A stretch of DNA of 64,000 nt from Spirochaetia bacterium. GTDB taxonomy: Bacteria > Spirochaetota > Spirochaetia > DSM-2461. The notes below the pieces were generated by a model that did no database searches, had not been told where the DNA came from, and saw nothing but the letters and a program-made list of their open reading frames with translations. Positions 29,337 through 39,044 of this stretch are shown piece by piece. Position numbers and translations under genes: made by a program. The stretch covers positions 672,001-736,000 of the forward strand of contig CAXXIA010000001.1 of NCBI GenBank assembly GCA_963666985.2, given 5' to 3'. The first letter of the stretch is position 1; the number at the start of each line of letters is the position of its first letter.

Positions 29337-30389
29337 ATGCCTCGCGAAATATATAACGTTAATATCGAAAGCCAGATTCCCCTAATAAGTCCGCGCGAAT
29401 TGAAAGAGACTCTTCCCGTGGATGACGAACTGACATCATCCATTGTGTTCCATCGTGATGAAGTGTCCCGCATTCTCAGAAACGAAGACGAACGGTTTCT
29501 GGTTATCGTCGGTCCGTGTTCCATCCATGATCCCGCCGCGGCACTGGATTACGCCCGCCGGCTGAAGTCCTTAAATGATAAGTTTTCCGATTCCATCAGA
29601 ATCCTGATGCGCGTGTATTTTGAGAAGCCGCGAACAAGCCTCGGCTGGAGGGGGCTGATCGTCGATCCTCTTCTGGACGGCTCTTACGATATACAAGAGG
29701 GACTGCGTGAAGCCAGACGGCTTCTTATCGAAATCGGGAAGCTCGGTCTGCCGATGGGGTCCGAAGTCTTGGATCCCATCATACCTCAGTACATCGCGGA
29801 TTTGTTCTCGTGGTCCGCCATCGGAGCACGGACGACCGAATCGCAAACGCATCGGGAAATCGCCAGCGGACTCTCCATGCCGGTGGGATTTAAAAACGGC
29901 ACCGACGGCGATCTGTCCAAGGCCGTGAACGCCATACGCTCCGCTCGGCAGGGACACAGCTTCATCGGTATCGATCAGGAAGGTCAAACCTGTATTTTTA
30001 AAACGCGCGGCAATCGAACCGGCCATATCATTTTACGGGGCGGTTCGGGCGGACCCAATTACTATGAAGAGAACATCGAAAAGGCTGAGGAACTCATAGC
30101 GGACATCGGAGTTCGGCCTTCAATCGTGATAGATTGTTCCCATGCGAACTCCGGCAAGAAGTACAGCAGACAAGCGCGGGTGTTCCGAGCGGCTTTGGAT
30201 TTGAGAAAGCGGGGACATTCATCGGTCAGAGGTGTTATGCTTGAGAGCAATATCGTCGCGGGAAAGCAGGACATCGTCAGCGGTCTTTCCGGTTTGACGT
30301 ATGGGATGTCGGTAACCGATGCTTGCATCGGATGGGATGAAACGGAGGAGCTGATTTCCATGGCGGCGGCGGAGTTCGCCGGAAATTGA
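29337..30389 (+). CDS. aroF: 3-deoxy-7-phosphoheptulonate (DAHP) synthase, class I
   Basis: GPCSIHD, RVYFEKPRT, AIGARTTESQTHRE, GFKNGT, IDCSHANS, TDACIGW. Confidence 0.92.
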   Translation: MPREIYNVNIESQIPLISPRELKETLPVDDELTSSIVFHRDEVSRILRNEDERFLVIVGPCSIHDPAAALDYARRLKSLNDKFSDSIRILMRVYFEKPRTSLGWRGLIVDPLLDGSYDIQEGLREARRLLIEIGKLGLPMGSEVLDPIIPQYIADLFSWSAIGARTTESQTHREIASGLSMPVGFKNGTDGDLSKAVNAIRSARQGHSFIGIDQEGQTCIFKTRGNRTGHIILRGGSGGPNYYEENIEKAEELIADIGVRPSIVIDCSHANSGKKYSRQARVFRAALDLRKRGHSSVRGVMLESNIVAGKQDIVSGLSGLTYGMSVTDACIGWDETEELISMAAAEFAGN

Positions 30390-30412
30390 GTGCGTATCTG
30401 GAGGATGTGCTT

Positions 30413-31861
30413 ATGACCCGTCGCGACAGGCTCTGCTCGCGATTGGCCGGGCTTCTTAACGGATATCTCGGAGAAAAAGCCTCCTGGTCCGGCGGCAGTG
30501 AGTCGGGAAAAGCCCTGGACGGTTCCCGCGTGTCCTGGTTCCTTACGGCTCATAGAGCGGGAAATCATCTTTCACTTCTGGAAACGGTTACCACCGCCGA
30601 TCAATCCGCGCGGGTTGTCCGGTATTGGCTTTTGGCTCCGAACGATTCGGGCGGATGGATTCTGGAAGCCGCCGAAAAAAATCATGAAGCCCTCGCCGAC
30701 GACTGGATAAACGATGAGCTTGAGGAAGCCGTCGGCAGACTTGAAGATCCTCAAACGGCCCGCTCCTCGCTGGAAGTTCCGAAGGTCCGTGTCATCGCTC
30801 CCGCCGTTCCTTCTCCCAGTTTCGGTTTATGGCCTCGGCGTTTTCGATCCTTTGCCGGATTGGCGTTTTTCGCAGCCGCGTTTCTGATCCTGATGTCCTA
30901 CAGTTCCATGCAGTATCACCGAATGATTCGCCTTGTTCGGGGTATCAACGAATCCATCGGCATATCCTCGACGCGGCAGACCCAAGGCATGAAGAATATG
31001 TCGGAGAAGATGGCCGCCGTCGACAATGAGCTTGAACAGCTTCGCGATGATGTTCAGCGGGAGAGAATGGCGTTTGAGTTCAACCGCAAAAATACAGCCA
31101 TGACTCTCAGGCGGCAATCCGAAGAACTTCCCTGGACCGATTATTCCAGGAAACGCGCTTTCGATTATCTGGCGGACCGTATCGAATCCGCGGGAAGTTA
31201 CAGAGAGATTATTTATCAGCTTTCCAGAATCCCTGAAGACAACGCTCAGGCGGAAACCATTATGGCGATCGACAGGGCGAACATCATTTCTCTCTCCTCT
31301 TACGTTTCCACGGTTCCCGGATTGGATTTCCCGGTTCGGTTCGACGGAGAAACAGCGGACGGAAATGATTTCATGATTTCCAGCGGATATGGAGAACTCC
31401 GTCCTTCGAGCCTGGGTACGGGCGGATATCTGCCGCATATGGCGGTGGATATTATCAACATCAGGAATATTCTAACCGTTACGGCGGAGAACTCCATCGT
31501 CAGATTCCCCGGAGAACCCGGAAGCGCGGTCGCCGCGGAAGAGGGCGTTATTATCGACGTCGGCTACGGAAGTATTTTCGGATGGTACGTTGAAGTCTCC
31601 CATCCTCTCAGGCCCGAGTGGATGGAAAAATATAACGTCATCGATAAACTCAGCACCTTTTATGCTCATCTCGCCGAAAATCCGGGATGGAATATCGGAG
31701 ATGTGGTTCAAAAAAGTGAAAAACTCGGAAAAATCGGCGATACCGGCCGAACCACGGGTCCTCACCTTCACTATGAAGTCCGGGTTTACCGAAAAAGCGG
31801 GGAGTTTGAAAGCAAAAACGGTCGTTTTGATCGTATGAATCCTTATATTCCGGCCGAATAA
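30413..31861 (+). CDS. Membrane-anchored M23 family metallopeptidase
   Basis: TM segment and coiled coil; HMAVD, YAHL, GRTTGPHLHYEV; ATG 30413 after GGAGG. Confidence 0.85.
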   Translation: MTRRDRLCSRLAGLLNGYLGEKASWSGGSESGKALDGSRVSWFLTAHRAGNHLSLLETVTTADQSARVVRYWLLAPNDSGGWILEAAEKNHEALADDWINDELEEAVGRLEDPQTARSSLEVPKVRVIAPAVPSPSFGLWPRRFRSFAGLAFFAAAFLILMSYSSMQYHRMIRLVRGINESIGISSTRQTQGMKNMSEKMAAVDNELEQLRDDVQRERMAFEFNRKNTAMTLRRQSEELPWTDYSRKRAFDYLADRIESAGSYREIIYQLSRIPEDNAQAETIMAIDRANIISLSSYVSTVPGLDFPVRFDGETADGNDFMISSGYGELRPSSLGTGGYLPHMAVDIINIRNILTVTAENSIVRFPGEPGSAVAAEEGVIIDVGYGSIFGWYVEVSHPLRPEWMEKYNVIDKLSTFYAHLAENPGWNIGDVVQKSEKLGKIGDTGRTTGPHLHYEVRVYRKSGEFESKNGRFDRMNPYIPAE

Positions 31862-31891
31862 AGATAAGGATTCAATTCACCGGACGCCCCA

Positions 31892-31993
31892 AATCATTTC
31901 GACCGTCCAAACCGCGGCGGTTTTTAAGGCTGTGATAAGGCGGTTTTTCTCATTTATCGCTCAGAATCATTTCGACCGCCAAAACCACGGCGG
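31892..31993. repeat. 29-bp imperfect direct repeat (31892-31920 and 31965-31993)
   Basis: aatcatttcgaccgtccaaaccgcggcgg vs aatcatttcgaccgccaaaaccacggcgg, 26/29 identical. Confidence 0.8.
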
Positions 31994-32441
31994 GACAATA
32001 GTTTAAATTCTTAATGTGAAGCGAGAGAAAATCTTTTCTGTTTCCCGTCAGATGAGGATAGTCGCGGCAGGCTTTCGGCCTATCTTCATAAACGCCGCAG
32101 TATCCGTCGACGCCCAGAAAGGGGCAGGGAAGTGAGGCGAACACCGAATCTCCGTCTTCGTCCGTCCGGAGATATGCATCCTGAAACGCGGAGGGCTTGA
32201 TTCGCTCCCTTCTTGCCAGGCGGCCGATATCCGAATCCGTAAGCCTGGGACCCAGTTCGCCGCAGCAGCGCGTGCATAACAGACAGTCTATTTTACTGAA
32301 AACCTCATCGTGAAATTCCGCGAACCGTCTGTCGAGAGACACATGCTTTCGCCGCTTCAGCGTTTTGAGCGAGGCCGCGTAGGATTTTTGATTTCGGCGG
32401 CCGCGTTCGAGAATATCGCCGTAAGGATCAGTTCTTTCCAT
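31950..32441 (-). CDS. YkgJ family cysteine cluster protein
   Basis: [28 protein letters not shown]. Confidence 0.85.
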   Translation of the reverse strand: MERTDPYGDILERGRRNQKSYAASLKTLKRRKHVSLDRRFAEFHDEVFSKIDCLLCTRCCGELGPRLTDSDIGRLARRERIKPSAFQDAYLRTDEDGDSVFASLPCPFLGVDGYCGVYEDRPKACRDYPHLTGNRKDFLSLHIKNLNYCPAVVLAVEMILSDK

Positions 32442-32811
32442 AAACCTCTGAGGGATCGAAAAGCGGCTCGGAGATGATATGTTCCTTCCCGTTCGAAATT
32501 TCTCGAAAAAAGCAGCTTCGCCGTCCGGTGTGGCACGCGGCCCCTCCGATTTGTTCCACTTCGAGCAGGACGGCGTCCCTGTCGCAGTCAAGATAGATCC
32601 TTTTGATGATTTGTTCGTTCCCGGATTCTTCTCCCTTGCGCCAGAGTCTGTTCCGGCTTCGCGACCAGTAGACGGCTTTCCCGCTCTCCAATGAGGCATC
32701 CCAGGCTTCGCGGTTCATCCAGGCCAGCATAAGTGTTTCTTTTGTTTCGGCATCCTGCGCGATGACAGGAATGAGTCCGCCTTCCTTGTTAAAGTCGGGT
32801 ATTGCTTCCAT
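32428..32811 (-). CDS. hisI: Phosphoribosyl-AMP cyclohydrolase
   Basis: [34 protein letters not shown]. Confidence 0.95.
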   Translation of the reverse strand: MEAIPDFNKEGGLIPVIAQDAETKETLMLAWMNREAWDASLESGKAVYWSRSRNRLWRKGEESGNEQIIKRIYLDCDRDAVLLEVEQIGGAACHTGRRSCFFREISNGKEHIISEPLFDPSEVYGKN

Positions 32812-32907
32812 AGCGGTTAGGTTCGGTCCGAAACGGCTTTCTGTCAAGCGAAGGCGGAAGGGGGCGAATCCCTCCTTTGGAAATAATCGGTTATTTCCCG
32901 AGTGCCG

Positions 32908-34467
32908 TTATGCCGCTCGGAAGATGCGGAAGTCGATCCCGTACTTTTCGGCGCGAATGCCCATTTGCCGGCGCGATAATCCCAGGAGTTCGGAAGCTTT
33001 CGTAAGGTTTCCCCGGGTTGTTTTAACCGCATCGATAATCATTTCGTATTCCACCGAATCCAATCTGGATTGAAGATCGCCGGAATAGCGTTCCGATGAC
33101 TGCTGAGGACCGGGAAGACGAAGAGAAGGGGGCAGATGATCGGTTCGAATCACTCCGTCGTCGCAGAGAATCACCGCGCGTTCAATCACATTCTCCAGTT
33201 CTCTGACATTCCCCGGCCAATGATAATTCATCAGCGAATCGATGACCGGAGTTGAAATCCGCTGAACGGTTTTCTGGTTTTTACGGCCGTAGCGGTCGAC
33301 GAAGAAATCCGCCAGCAGGATGATGTCCGCTTTGCGGTCCCGAAGGGGAGGAACTTCTATGGGAACAACGGCCAGCCTGTAGTACAAATCTTCGCGGAAT
33401 TCGCCTTGTTTAACTTTTTCTTCCAGGTTGCAATTGGTTGCCGCGATGACTCTGACATTGGCTTTGAGAGTTTTATTGGCTCCGACCCGCTCATACTCTC
33501 GTTCTTGGAGTATCCGTAAGAGTTTTGCCTGAACGCTTAAGCCCATCTCACCGATTTCGTCCAGGAAGATCGTGCCGCCTTCGGCATATTCAAAACGGCC
33601 GATCCGCCTTTCGACGGCTCCGGTGAAGGAACCCCGTTCATGACCGAACAGTTCGCTTTCGATCAGACTTTCGGAAATTGCGGCGCAGTTGAGTTTCACG
33701 AAAGCTCTGTCTTTTCTTGCCGACGATTCATGAATCTGCTGAGCAACCAGGCTTTTCCCCGTACCGCTTTCTCCCAGGATGAGTACCGTGGCATCGCTGG
33801 CCGACATTTTTTCGATGAGTCTTTGGAGTCGGCCCATAACATTGGATGTTCCGATGAGAAGTCCTCTTTTCGGAGCATCTCTGAGCCGTTCATGCAGTCT
33901 GAGATTCTCATCCCTGAGCCGCTGCAGTTCTTCTTCCACATCCCGGGAATGGCGGACCGAGTGATAAATCAAGCCGCCGATAACGCTCAAAACCGTTGTT
34001 TTCTTACTCAGATCTTCCTGCTGAGGGTTCGGCAGAATAACGCTTAAGGCACCCAAGGTTTCATTTCCCGCCTTTACGGGAACACAGATGAAAGAGCTGA
34101 CGATATCGTTGTTGTCCATGGAACCCGTTCTGTTGAGGAATCGCTTGTCGTTCCGAATATCCGGAACGGTAATGGCGGTTCCCGAGTCGACGACGCGGCC
34201 GATGATTCCTTCTCCGGGAGAATAGACTCCTTGCGAAACTTTTCTTGAAGAGATTCCGGTGGATTCTTTAATGTAGATTTTCCCCGTTTGCCGATTGTGA
34301 ATCGTAATCATGCTTCCCCGGAGATTCATTTCTTTATCCAAACAGATGAGAACGGACTGGAGGCATTCGGGAATATTGGATTCCTCCAGAACAATCCTGC
34401 TGACCTCTTTAATGAGTTTTAAATCGACCGTATGATCCTGCCGGCATTCGCGGCATTCATTATTCAT
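32908..34467 (-). CDS. nifA: NifA-type sigma54 activator (GAF-AAA+-HTH)
   Basis: GAF (GEGIIGRV, FLNRTG), GESGTGKS, ESELFGHERGSFTGA, WPGNVRELEN, Fis HTH; inside nif cluster. Confidence 0.85.
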   Translation of the reverse strand: MNNECRECRQDHTVDLKLIKEVSRIVLEESNIPECLQSVLICLDKEMNLRGSMITIHNRQTGKIYIKESTGISSRKVSQGVYSPGEGIIGRVVDSGTAITVPDIRNDKRFLNRTGSMDNNDIVSSFICVPVKAGNETLGALSVILPNPQQEDLSKKTTVLSVIGGLIYHSVRHSRDVEEELQRLRDENLRLHERLRDAPKRGLLIGTSNVMGRLQRLIEKMSASDATVLILGESGTGKSLVAQQIHESSARKDRAFVKLNCAAISESLIESELFGHERGSFTGAVERRIGRFEYAEGGTIFLDEIGEMGLSVQAKLLRILQEREYERVGANKTLKANVRVIAATNCNLEEKVKQGEFREDLYYRLAVVPIEVPPLRDRKADIILLADFFVDRYGRKNQKTVQRISTPVIDSLMNYHWPGNVRELENVIERAVILCDDGVIRTDHLPPSLRLPGPQQSSERYSGDLQSRLDSVEYEMIIDAVKTTRGNLTKASELLGLSRRQMGIRAEKYGIDFRIFRAA

Positions 34468-35582
34468 GGGTATACCCCTTGGATTTTCTCATAAACGCGG
34501 AGAAGTTCATTTGCGTATAGAAATCCGCCGTTCGAGCCTGTTATTTTTTGTAACTCCGATGCAAGCTGTTTTACCTGATGAGCCGTGGGAACGATTCCGA
34601 ACTCCTTGAGCATGCCGGCAAGACTTCCCTTGCCGCTGCCGCTTCCGGCTACGACGGATACGGGAGGGAGGCCGTATTCCTGCGGACGGTAGGGCATAAA
34701 AGCCAAGTCGTCCCGAAAATGCGCGGCGGCATGGATTCCCGATTCATGAAGGCGGCACCGTTCTCCCAAGATCGGCATGCCGGGAGGAATGGATTCACCG
34801 ACCGTTTGAAGTGTTGAGCGGGCCATTTCGAAGACGGCACCTGAATTGATATTCAGGTGAATTTTTTCTTCGAAATCCGCGGCCAAAGCCAGCTGTTCCC
34901 AGGCGAGATTCCCGGCCCGTTCTCCCAATCCTCCGATGGTGCCGCTGACTCCTCCAAATCCTAAAAGGATGGCTTCCAGAGCGTTGGCCGTGGCCAGGCC
35001 AAGATCGTTGTGCCCGTGGAATTCAAGATATTTGAGCGTCTTCGGTTTCAGTTTCGCTGCGAGACGGCGAAGCGCCGAAGGTGTTCCGATTCCGACGCTG
35101 TCGGCTATTCGGATTCGAAGGGCCCCGGCATTTAAGGCAAGCCGGATAACCCGATTCAGTTTTCTCGGATCGGTTCGAAAACAGTCCATGAATCCGACCG
35201 ATACGAAATCATGGTTTTTATAAGCCGTTAAGATGAGCGAATTGATGGAATCCTCCACCTCGTTCATCGTTTTCCCCGTAGTCTTCAGGTGTCTTTCGGA
35301 AATGGGAAAGCTGATGTGAACGGCTCCGGTACCGGCTTGTTCCGAGGCCTTAATATCCCGTTCATCGGCACGGCACCAGCTGATGACCCGGCCGGGCCAA
35401 TCCCGTATATCGCGGAGAAAAGAAACGGCGTCTTTCCCTGTTATTGGAATACCGCCTTCAATCTCACCGAATCCGGCATTGTGGAGTTTTTGGATAAATT
35501 GATGTTTTTCATCGGTGGAAAGAGAGATGCCGGGAGCCTGCAGGCCGTCCCGAAGAGTGGTATCGACTAAAAATGGAGTCAT
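34464..35582 (-). CDS. nifV: Homocitrate synthase
   Basis: DTTLRDGLQ, FHGHNDLGLATAN, GLGERAGN, HESGIH; nif context. Confidence 0.88.
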   Translation of the reverse strand: MTPFLVDTTLRDGLQAPGISLSTDEKHQFIQKLHNAGFGEIEGGIPITGKDAVSFLRDIRDWPGRVISWCRADERDIKASEQAGTGAVHISFPISERHLKTTGKTMNEVEDSINSLILTAYKNHDFVSVGFMDCFRTDPRKLNRVIRLALNAGALRIRIADSVGIGTPSALRRLAAKLKPKTLKYLEFHGHNDLGLATANALEAILLGFGGVSGTIGGLGERAGNLAWEQLALAADFEEKIHLNINSGAVFEMARSTLQTVGESIPPGMPILGERCRLHESGIHAAAHFRDDLAFMPYRPQEYGLPPVSVVAGSGSGKGSLAGMLKEFGIVPTAHQVKQLASELQKITGSNGGFLYANELLRVYEKIQGVYP

Positions 35583-35690
35583 ATCGGCTTTATCCCCGAA
35601 ACATGATTCCCGGATAAACGATAAAGACTGCGTTTTTAGAGAACAAGGCTGAGCGGTCAACCGGTTTTATCAGTTTCATAGAGATGAAAA

Positions 35691-35707
35691 TGCAAAAAAG
35701 ATGCCAA
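35691..35707 (-). promoter_or_regulatory. Sigma54 -24/-12 promoter of nifV-nifA
   Basis: TTGGCATCTTTTTTGCA (GG-N10-GC). Confidence 0.85.
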
Positions 35708-35855
35708 GCTTAAAATGCCGGGATTTCATCAACGTGGGCCGATGAAAGAGTTGAAAACCTACGAAAATGTTGCCTGTATAGGAGAGATTGACGTTTTAGT
35801 TTCTTTCGGAGGAGTGTTTTCGCAGGCTGTTTTCGGGATTTAAGCTCTTGATCTT

Positions 35856-36164
35856 CTATGTGAGAAGATATTTTTCGGCGATTTCGCCTTCTTCCAGAGC
35901 ATCAAGAATTTCATCCACCTGATCTTCTCCGTTAATGCCGCCGTACCAAATATTGTCCGGATAAATCACCATCGCGGGTCCGCGATCGCAAACTTTCAGG
36001 CAGGTGGTGGCTGAAATCATGACTCCTTCGATGTCTCGGTCTCGGAGTTCTTCTTCCAGGTAGGGAAGAAGGTCCATGGACCCTTTCTGTGAACAGACGC
36101 CTTGCGGTGTTCCCGATGCGCGGAAGCTTCCGCAGACCAAGATGTGTTTTGTCGGTTTCTCCAT
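35856..36164 (-). CDS. Thioredoxin-like [2Fe-2S] ferredoxin
   Basis: HILVC...GVC...CLKVCDRGPAMVIYPDNIWYG. Confidence 0.88.
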   Translation of the reverse strand: MEKPTKHILVCGSFRASGTPQGVCSQKGSMDLLPYLEEELRDRDIEGVMISATTCLKVCDRGPAMVIYPDNIWYGGINGEDQVDEILDALEEGEIAEKYLLT

Positions 36165-36222
36165 TTTTATCTCCTTTTAACAGCTGTTTGGCTCTGCCGA
36201 ATAGCGTAGTACTTTTGCGAAC

Positions 36223-37500
36223 TTAACCGGCGCAGCCTCCGCCTGCTCCATCGCAAAATTTCTTTATTCTTCTTTTCATGAAGTTCGGATTCATTCCGGA
36301 ATGAATGTTGGATAATGCCAGTTCGATGATGCCTTCCAATTCCAGGCATTCGATTCCTTCCCGTTCCAAAACGGCTTGAGGCGGACCGCCGATTCCATTG
36401 GTAAGAAGATGGGAACAGTCCCGAAGAATTGCCGAAACCAGCTCCCATCGATTCACCGTGCCGCTTGCGGGAAGGGCGCGTTTTTCCCGGTATTCATAAC
36501 GGCGCTCTTTTTTCTCGAAGATAAGGACGTCGAAGCTTTCTCCCAAATGGCTGTTGATGAGCATGCCTTCCCGGCTGGTCACCGCGATGCAGGGTCTGTC
36601 GGCCCCTGAGGAAAGCGGCATTTGGGAGGCGGCGCGGAGAAGTTCTTCGGCATCCGGAGCATTCTCCTCGCCTAAAAGTCCTGCCGCATCGGCACGGCAT
36701 CGGCGGCAGTGGGTCATTACTGAGATATGCTTGGCCGCTTGAGAGCGGATAAGCAGTATTTCTCCGGCATCCGGTTCTTCCAGATTTTCGAATACCGCGC
36801 CTTCCACGGGAATCATCGCCATGGGATTCAAGATCGCCGCACCCCATTGCGCCGCGGTTTCGGCTATGCGTTCCACGTGATTTTCGTTGATGCTGGGAAC
36901 GACGACGGTATTGATTTTAACAATGATTCCTTTCTCGGCCAGGCATCGTACGCCCGCTTCCTGCCGTTCCAGAAGAAGCTTTGCCGCATCAATGCCCCGG
37001 ACATTGAACGGTCCGCTGCGCATCCACGCATAGAGATTCGCGCCGATGAGCGGGTCTACGGCATTGCATGTAACCGTGACATGACTCACACCGATTTCGG
37101 CGATTTTATCCGCATACTCGGGAAGGGCCAGTCCGTTGGTGGAGAGGCACAGCAGCATATCGGGGAATCTTCGTCTGACCAGCCGCATGGTTTCCAATGT
37201 CTCATTCGGATTCGCCAAAGGATCACCGGGGCCCGCGATTCCGGCCACGCTGACGGGCAGACGGTCGGCCATCGCTTCCAGGTAGGCCAGAGCCTGCCGG
37301 GGCTTGAGCAGCGTGGAGGCGACTCCGGGACGGCTTTCATTCACGCAATCACCGACAGCTCTATTGCAGTAGTTGCAGCTCATGTTGCATTTGGGAGCAA
37401 CCGGAAGATGAATCCGTGCATATTGTCTGCCTGCTTCACGATTGAAGCAGGGGTGGGTATCGAATCGGTTTTGAATATCCTCAGTCATCTTGGCCCTCAC
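36223..37500 (-). CDS. nifB: FeMo-cofactor biosynthesis radical SAM protein NifB with C-terminal NifX-like domain
   Basis: HPCF, CNMSCNYC, ESRPG, AGPGDPLAN, CRRCRADA, INSHLG. Confidence 0.95.
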   Translation of the reverse strand: MRAKMTEDIQNRFDTHPCFNREAGRQYARIHLPVAPKCNMSCNYCNRAVGDCVNESRPGVASTLLKPRQALAYLEAMADRLPVSVAGIAGPGDPLANPNETLETMRLVRRRFPDMLLCLSTNGLALPEYADKIAEIGVSHVTVTCNAVDPLIGANLYAWMRSGPFNVRGIDAAKLLLERQEAGVRCLAEKGIIVKINTVVVPSINENHVERIAETAAQWGAAILNPMAMIPVEGAVFENLEEPDAGEILLIRSQAAKHISVMTHCRRCRADAAGLLGEENAPDAEELLRAASQMPLSSGADRPCIAVTSREGMLINSHLGESFDVLIFEKKERRYEYREKRALPASGTVNRWELVSAILRDCSHLLTNGIGGPPQAVLEREGIECLELEGIIELALSNIHSGMNPNFMKRRIKKFCDGAGGGCAG

Positions 37501-39044
37501 TGATACGAAAATCCTACGGGTGAGTCGTTTTGACGTTTTTCCAGAATGGTGTTGGTAATGGTGTCGAGGAGCCTTTGCGTTCCCGAATACCCCAGATTCA
37601 GGATTCTTTGGGCTCCGAAGCGGTCATGGATGGGAAAATCAACACGGATGAGCGGAATGTTTCTGTCTCTGCAGATACGATAGGGCTTGGAGCTCGAAAA
37701 CACCAAATCGGGTTTCAGGCGGTCGAGGGCTTCTTCCACTTGAAGAAAATCCGAGTTGTCGAGAATCTCAATCCCGTTATGAATCTCATGAGGAGGATTA
37801 GCCATCAAGCTTCGGCGCAGGACATTCTTCGGCGAACCTGAAGCGGCCAGGACCGGATTCATTCCGAGTTCCGCGCAGAAGCGTATTAAAGCCGGTGTTA
37901 AATGTTCGTTGCAGATAACAGCGATTCGAACACCGTAGAGATATTTATGCGCATCCGCATAAGAATCGATCAGACGTCCTCTTCGTGAGAGCAGTATGCC
38001 GGGGATTTCACGTCCCGAGAGCTCTGATAAATAGGCTGTAAAAGAGTCGGCGGCTTCCACTCCGATGGGAAGAGGAAGGACGCGCCGTTTTACTCCGTGA
38101 GACTGCAGAACCGTACCGCCGCTTTCGGATCCCGGCGGGTATTCTCCCAGTTCCAGAATCTCCGGAAGCAGCGCAAGGGCGCGAAATTCCTCCGCTCCGG
38201 TCCCCCCTTCGGGGAGCGAATGGTATTCGCCCCAAGCTTCACCATCCAGGGTTTCCGAATAATCGGGGGCCAGTATCGGCTTGAGTCCGAATTCGGAATA
38301 GACGGACTTCAAATACCGCAAATCGGCCGGAGAGAGCATCGGAATGAGGATTCCGGCGCTTTCGTGCGTAATCTCCGCAACAGGCCCTTCTGAAGCGATT
38401 CCGCCCGGTGAAAAGGCCTCCACAAGTGCTTTGAGGGTATCCTGAAAGCCGACGATATGGCCGGAGCGGTAACTGGCAGTGCTGACGGGAATCACGGGCG
38501 GCGCCTCCGGATGTGCTTTTCGCCGAGAGGCCAAATAAATTCGAGGATCATCACCGATGGTTTCGGCAAGGCAGGTTGTGGCTACGCCGATGACTTCCGG
38601 ATTGTATTTCGCGGTGATGTTGCTTATGGCTTCGAAAAGTTTGGATTCACCGCCGAAAACCACGGCGCTTTCACCGAAACTGGAAGAGCCGATGTCGATC
38701 GGTTCTCGGAAATGACTGATAAGGTAGCGCCGAATATAGGTGGCGCAGCCTTGAGCGCCGTGGAGGATGGGAACCCCGCCGCGGACGCCGCGGAAGGCGA
38801 TCGAGGCGCCTAAGGGGGCGCAGAGGCGGCAGGGATTCACCGTGGCCGCCCGGGGAAGGCCTTCGGCGGAGGAAGGAGTGCGAATCGCCCGGCCGGCGGG
38901 GACGGCATCGGCGGTGAAGGACTCCTTCATAAGATTCCGCTGTTCTGAGACGGATGGACCGTGATGCTCCGGTGAGGCCTGAATCTTGGGACCCGCCTGA
39001 GGGGAGATGAGGGAGGGGGGAGCCGAAACGGCTTCGGGGGTCAT
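37497..39044 (-). CDS. nifN: Nitrogenase FeMo-co scaffold subunit NifN
   Basis: NPCRLCAPLGA, HGAQGCATYIRRY, TTCLAETIGDD, FPIHDRFG. Confidence 0.92.
   Translation of the reverse strand: MTPEAVSAPPSLISPQAGPKIQASPEHHGPSVSEQRNLMKESFTADAVPAGRAIRTPSSAEGLPRAATVNPCRLCAPLGASIAFRGVRGGVPILHGAQGCATYIRRYLISHFREPIDIGSSSFGESAVVFGGESKLFEAISNITAKYNPEVIGVATTCLAETIGDDPRIYLASRRKAHPEAPPVIPVSTASYRSGHIVGFQDTLKALVEAFSPGGIASEGPVAEITHESAGILIPMLSPADLRYLKSVYSEFGLKPILAPDYSETLDGEAWGEYHSLPEGGTGAEEFRALALLPEILELGEYPPGSESGGTVLQSHGVKRRVLPLPIGVEAADSFTAYLSELSGREIPGILLSRRGRLIDSYADAHKYLYGVRIAVICNEHLTPALIRFCAELGMNPVLAASGSPKNVLRRSLMANPPHEIHNGIEILDNSDFLQVEEALDRLKPDLVFSSSKPYRICRDRNIPLIRVDFPIHDRFGAQRILNLGYSGTQRLLDTITNTILEKRQNDSPVGFSYQ

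Noticed and set aside
31950..32699. 249-aa ORF suggesting a HisI-YkgJ overlap or fusion
   Set aside because: Upstream part is an alternative frame of hisI; real start is 32441
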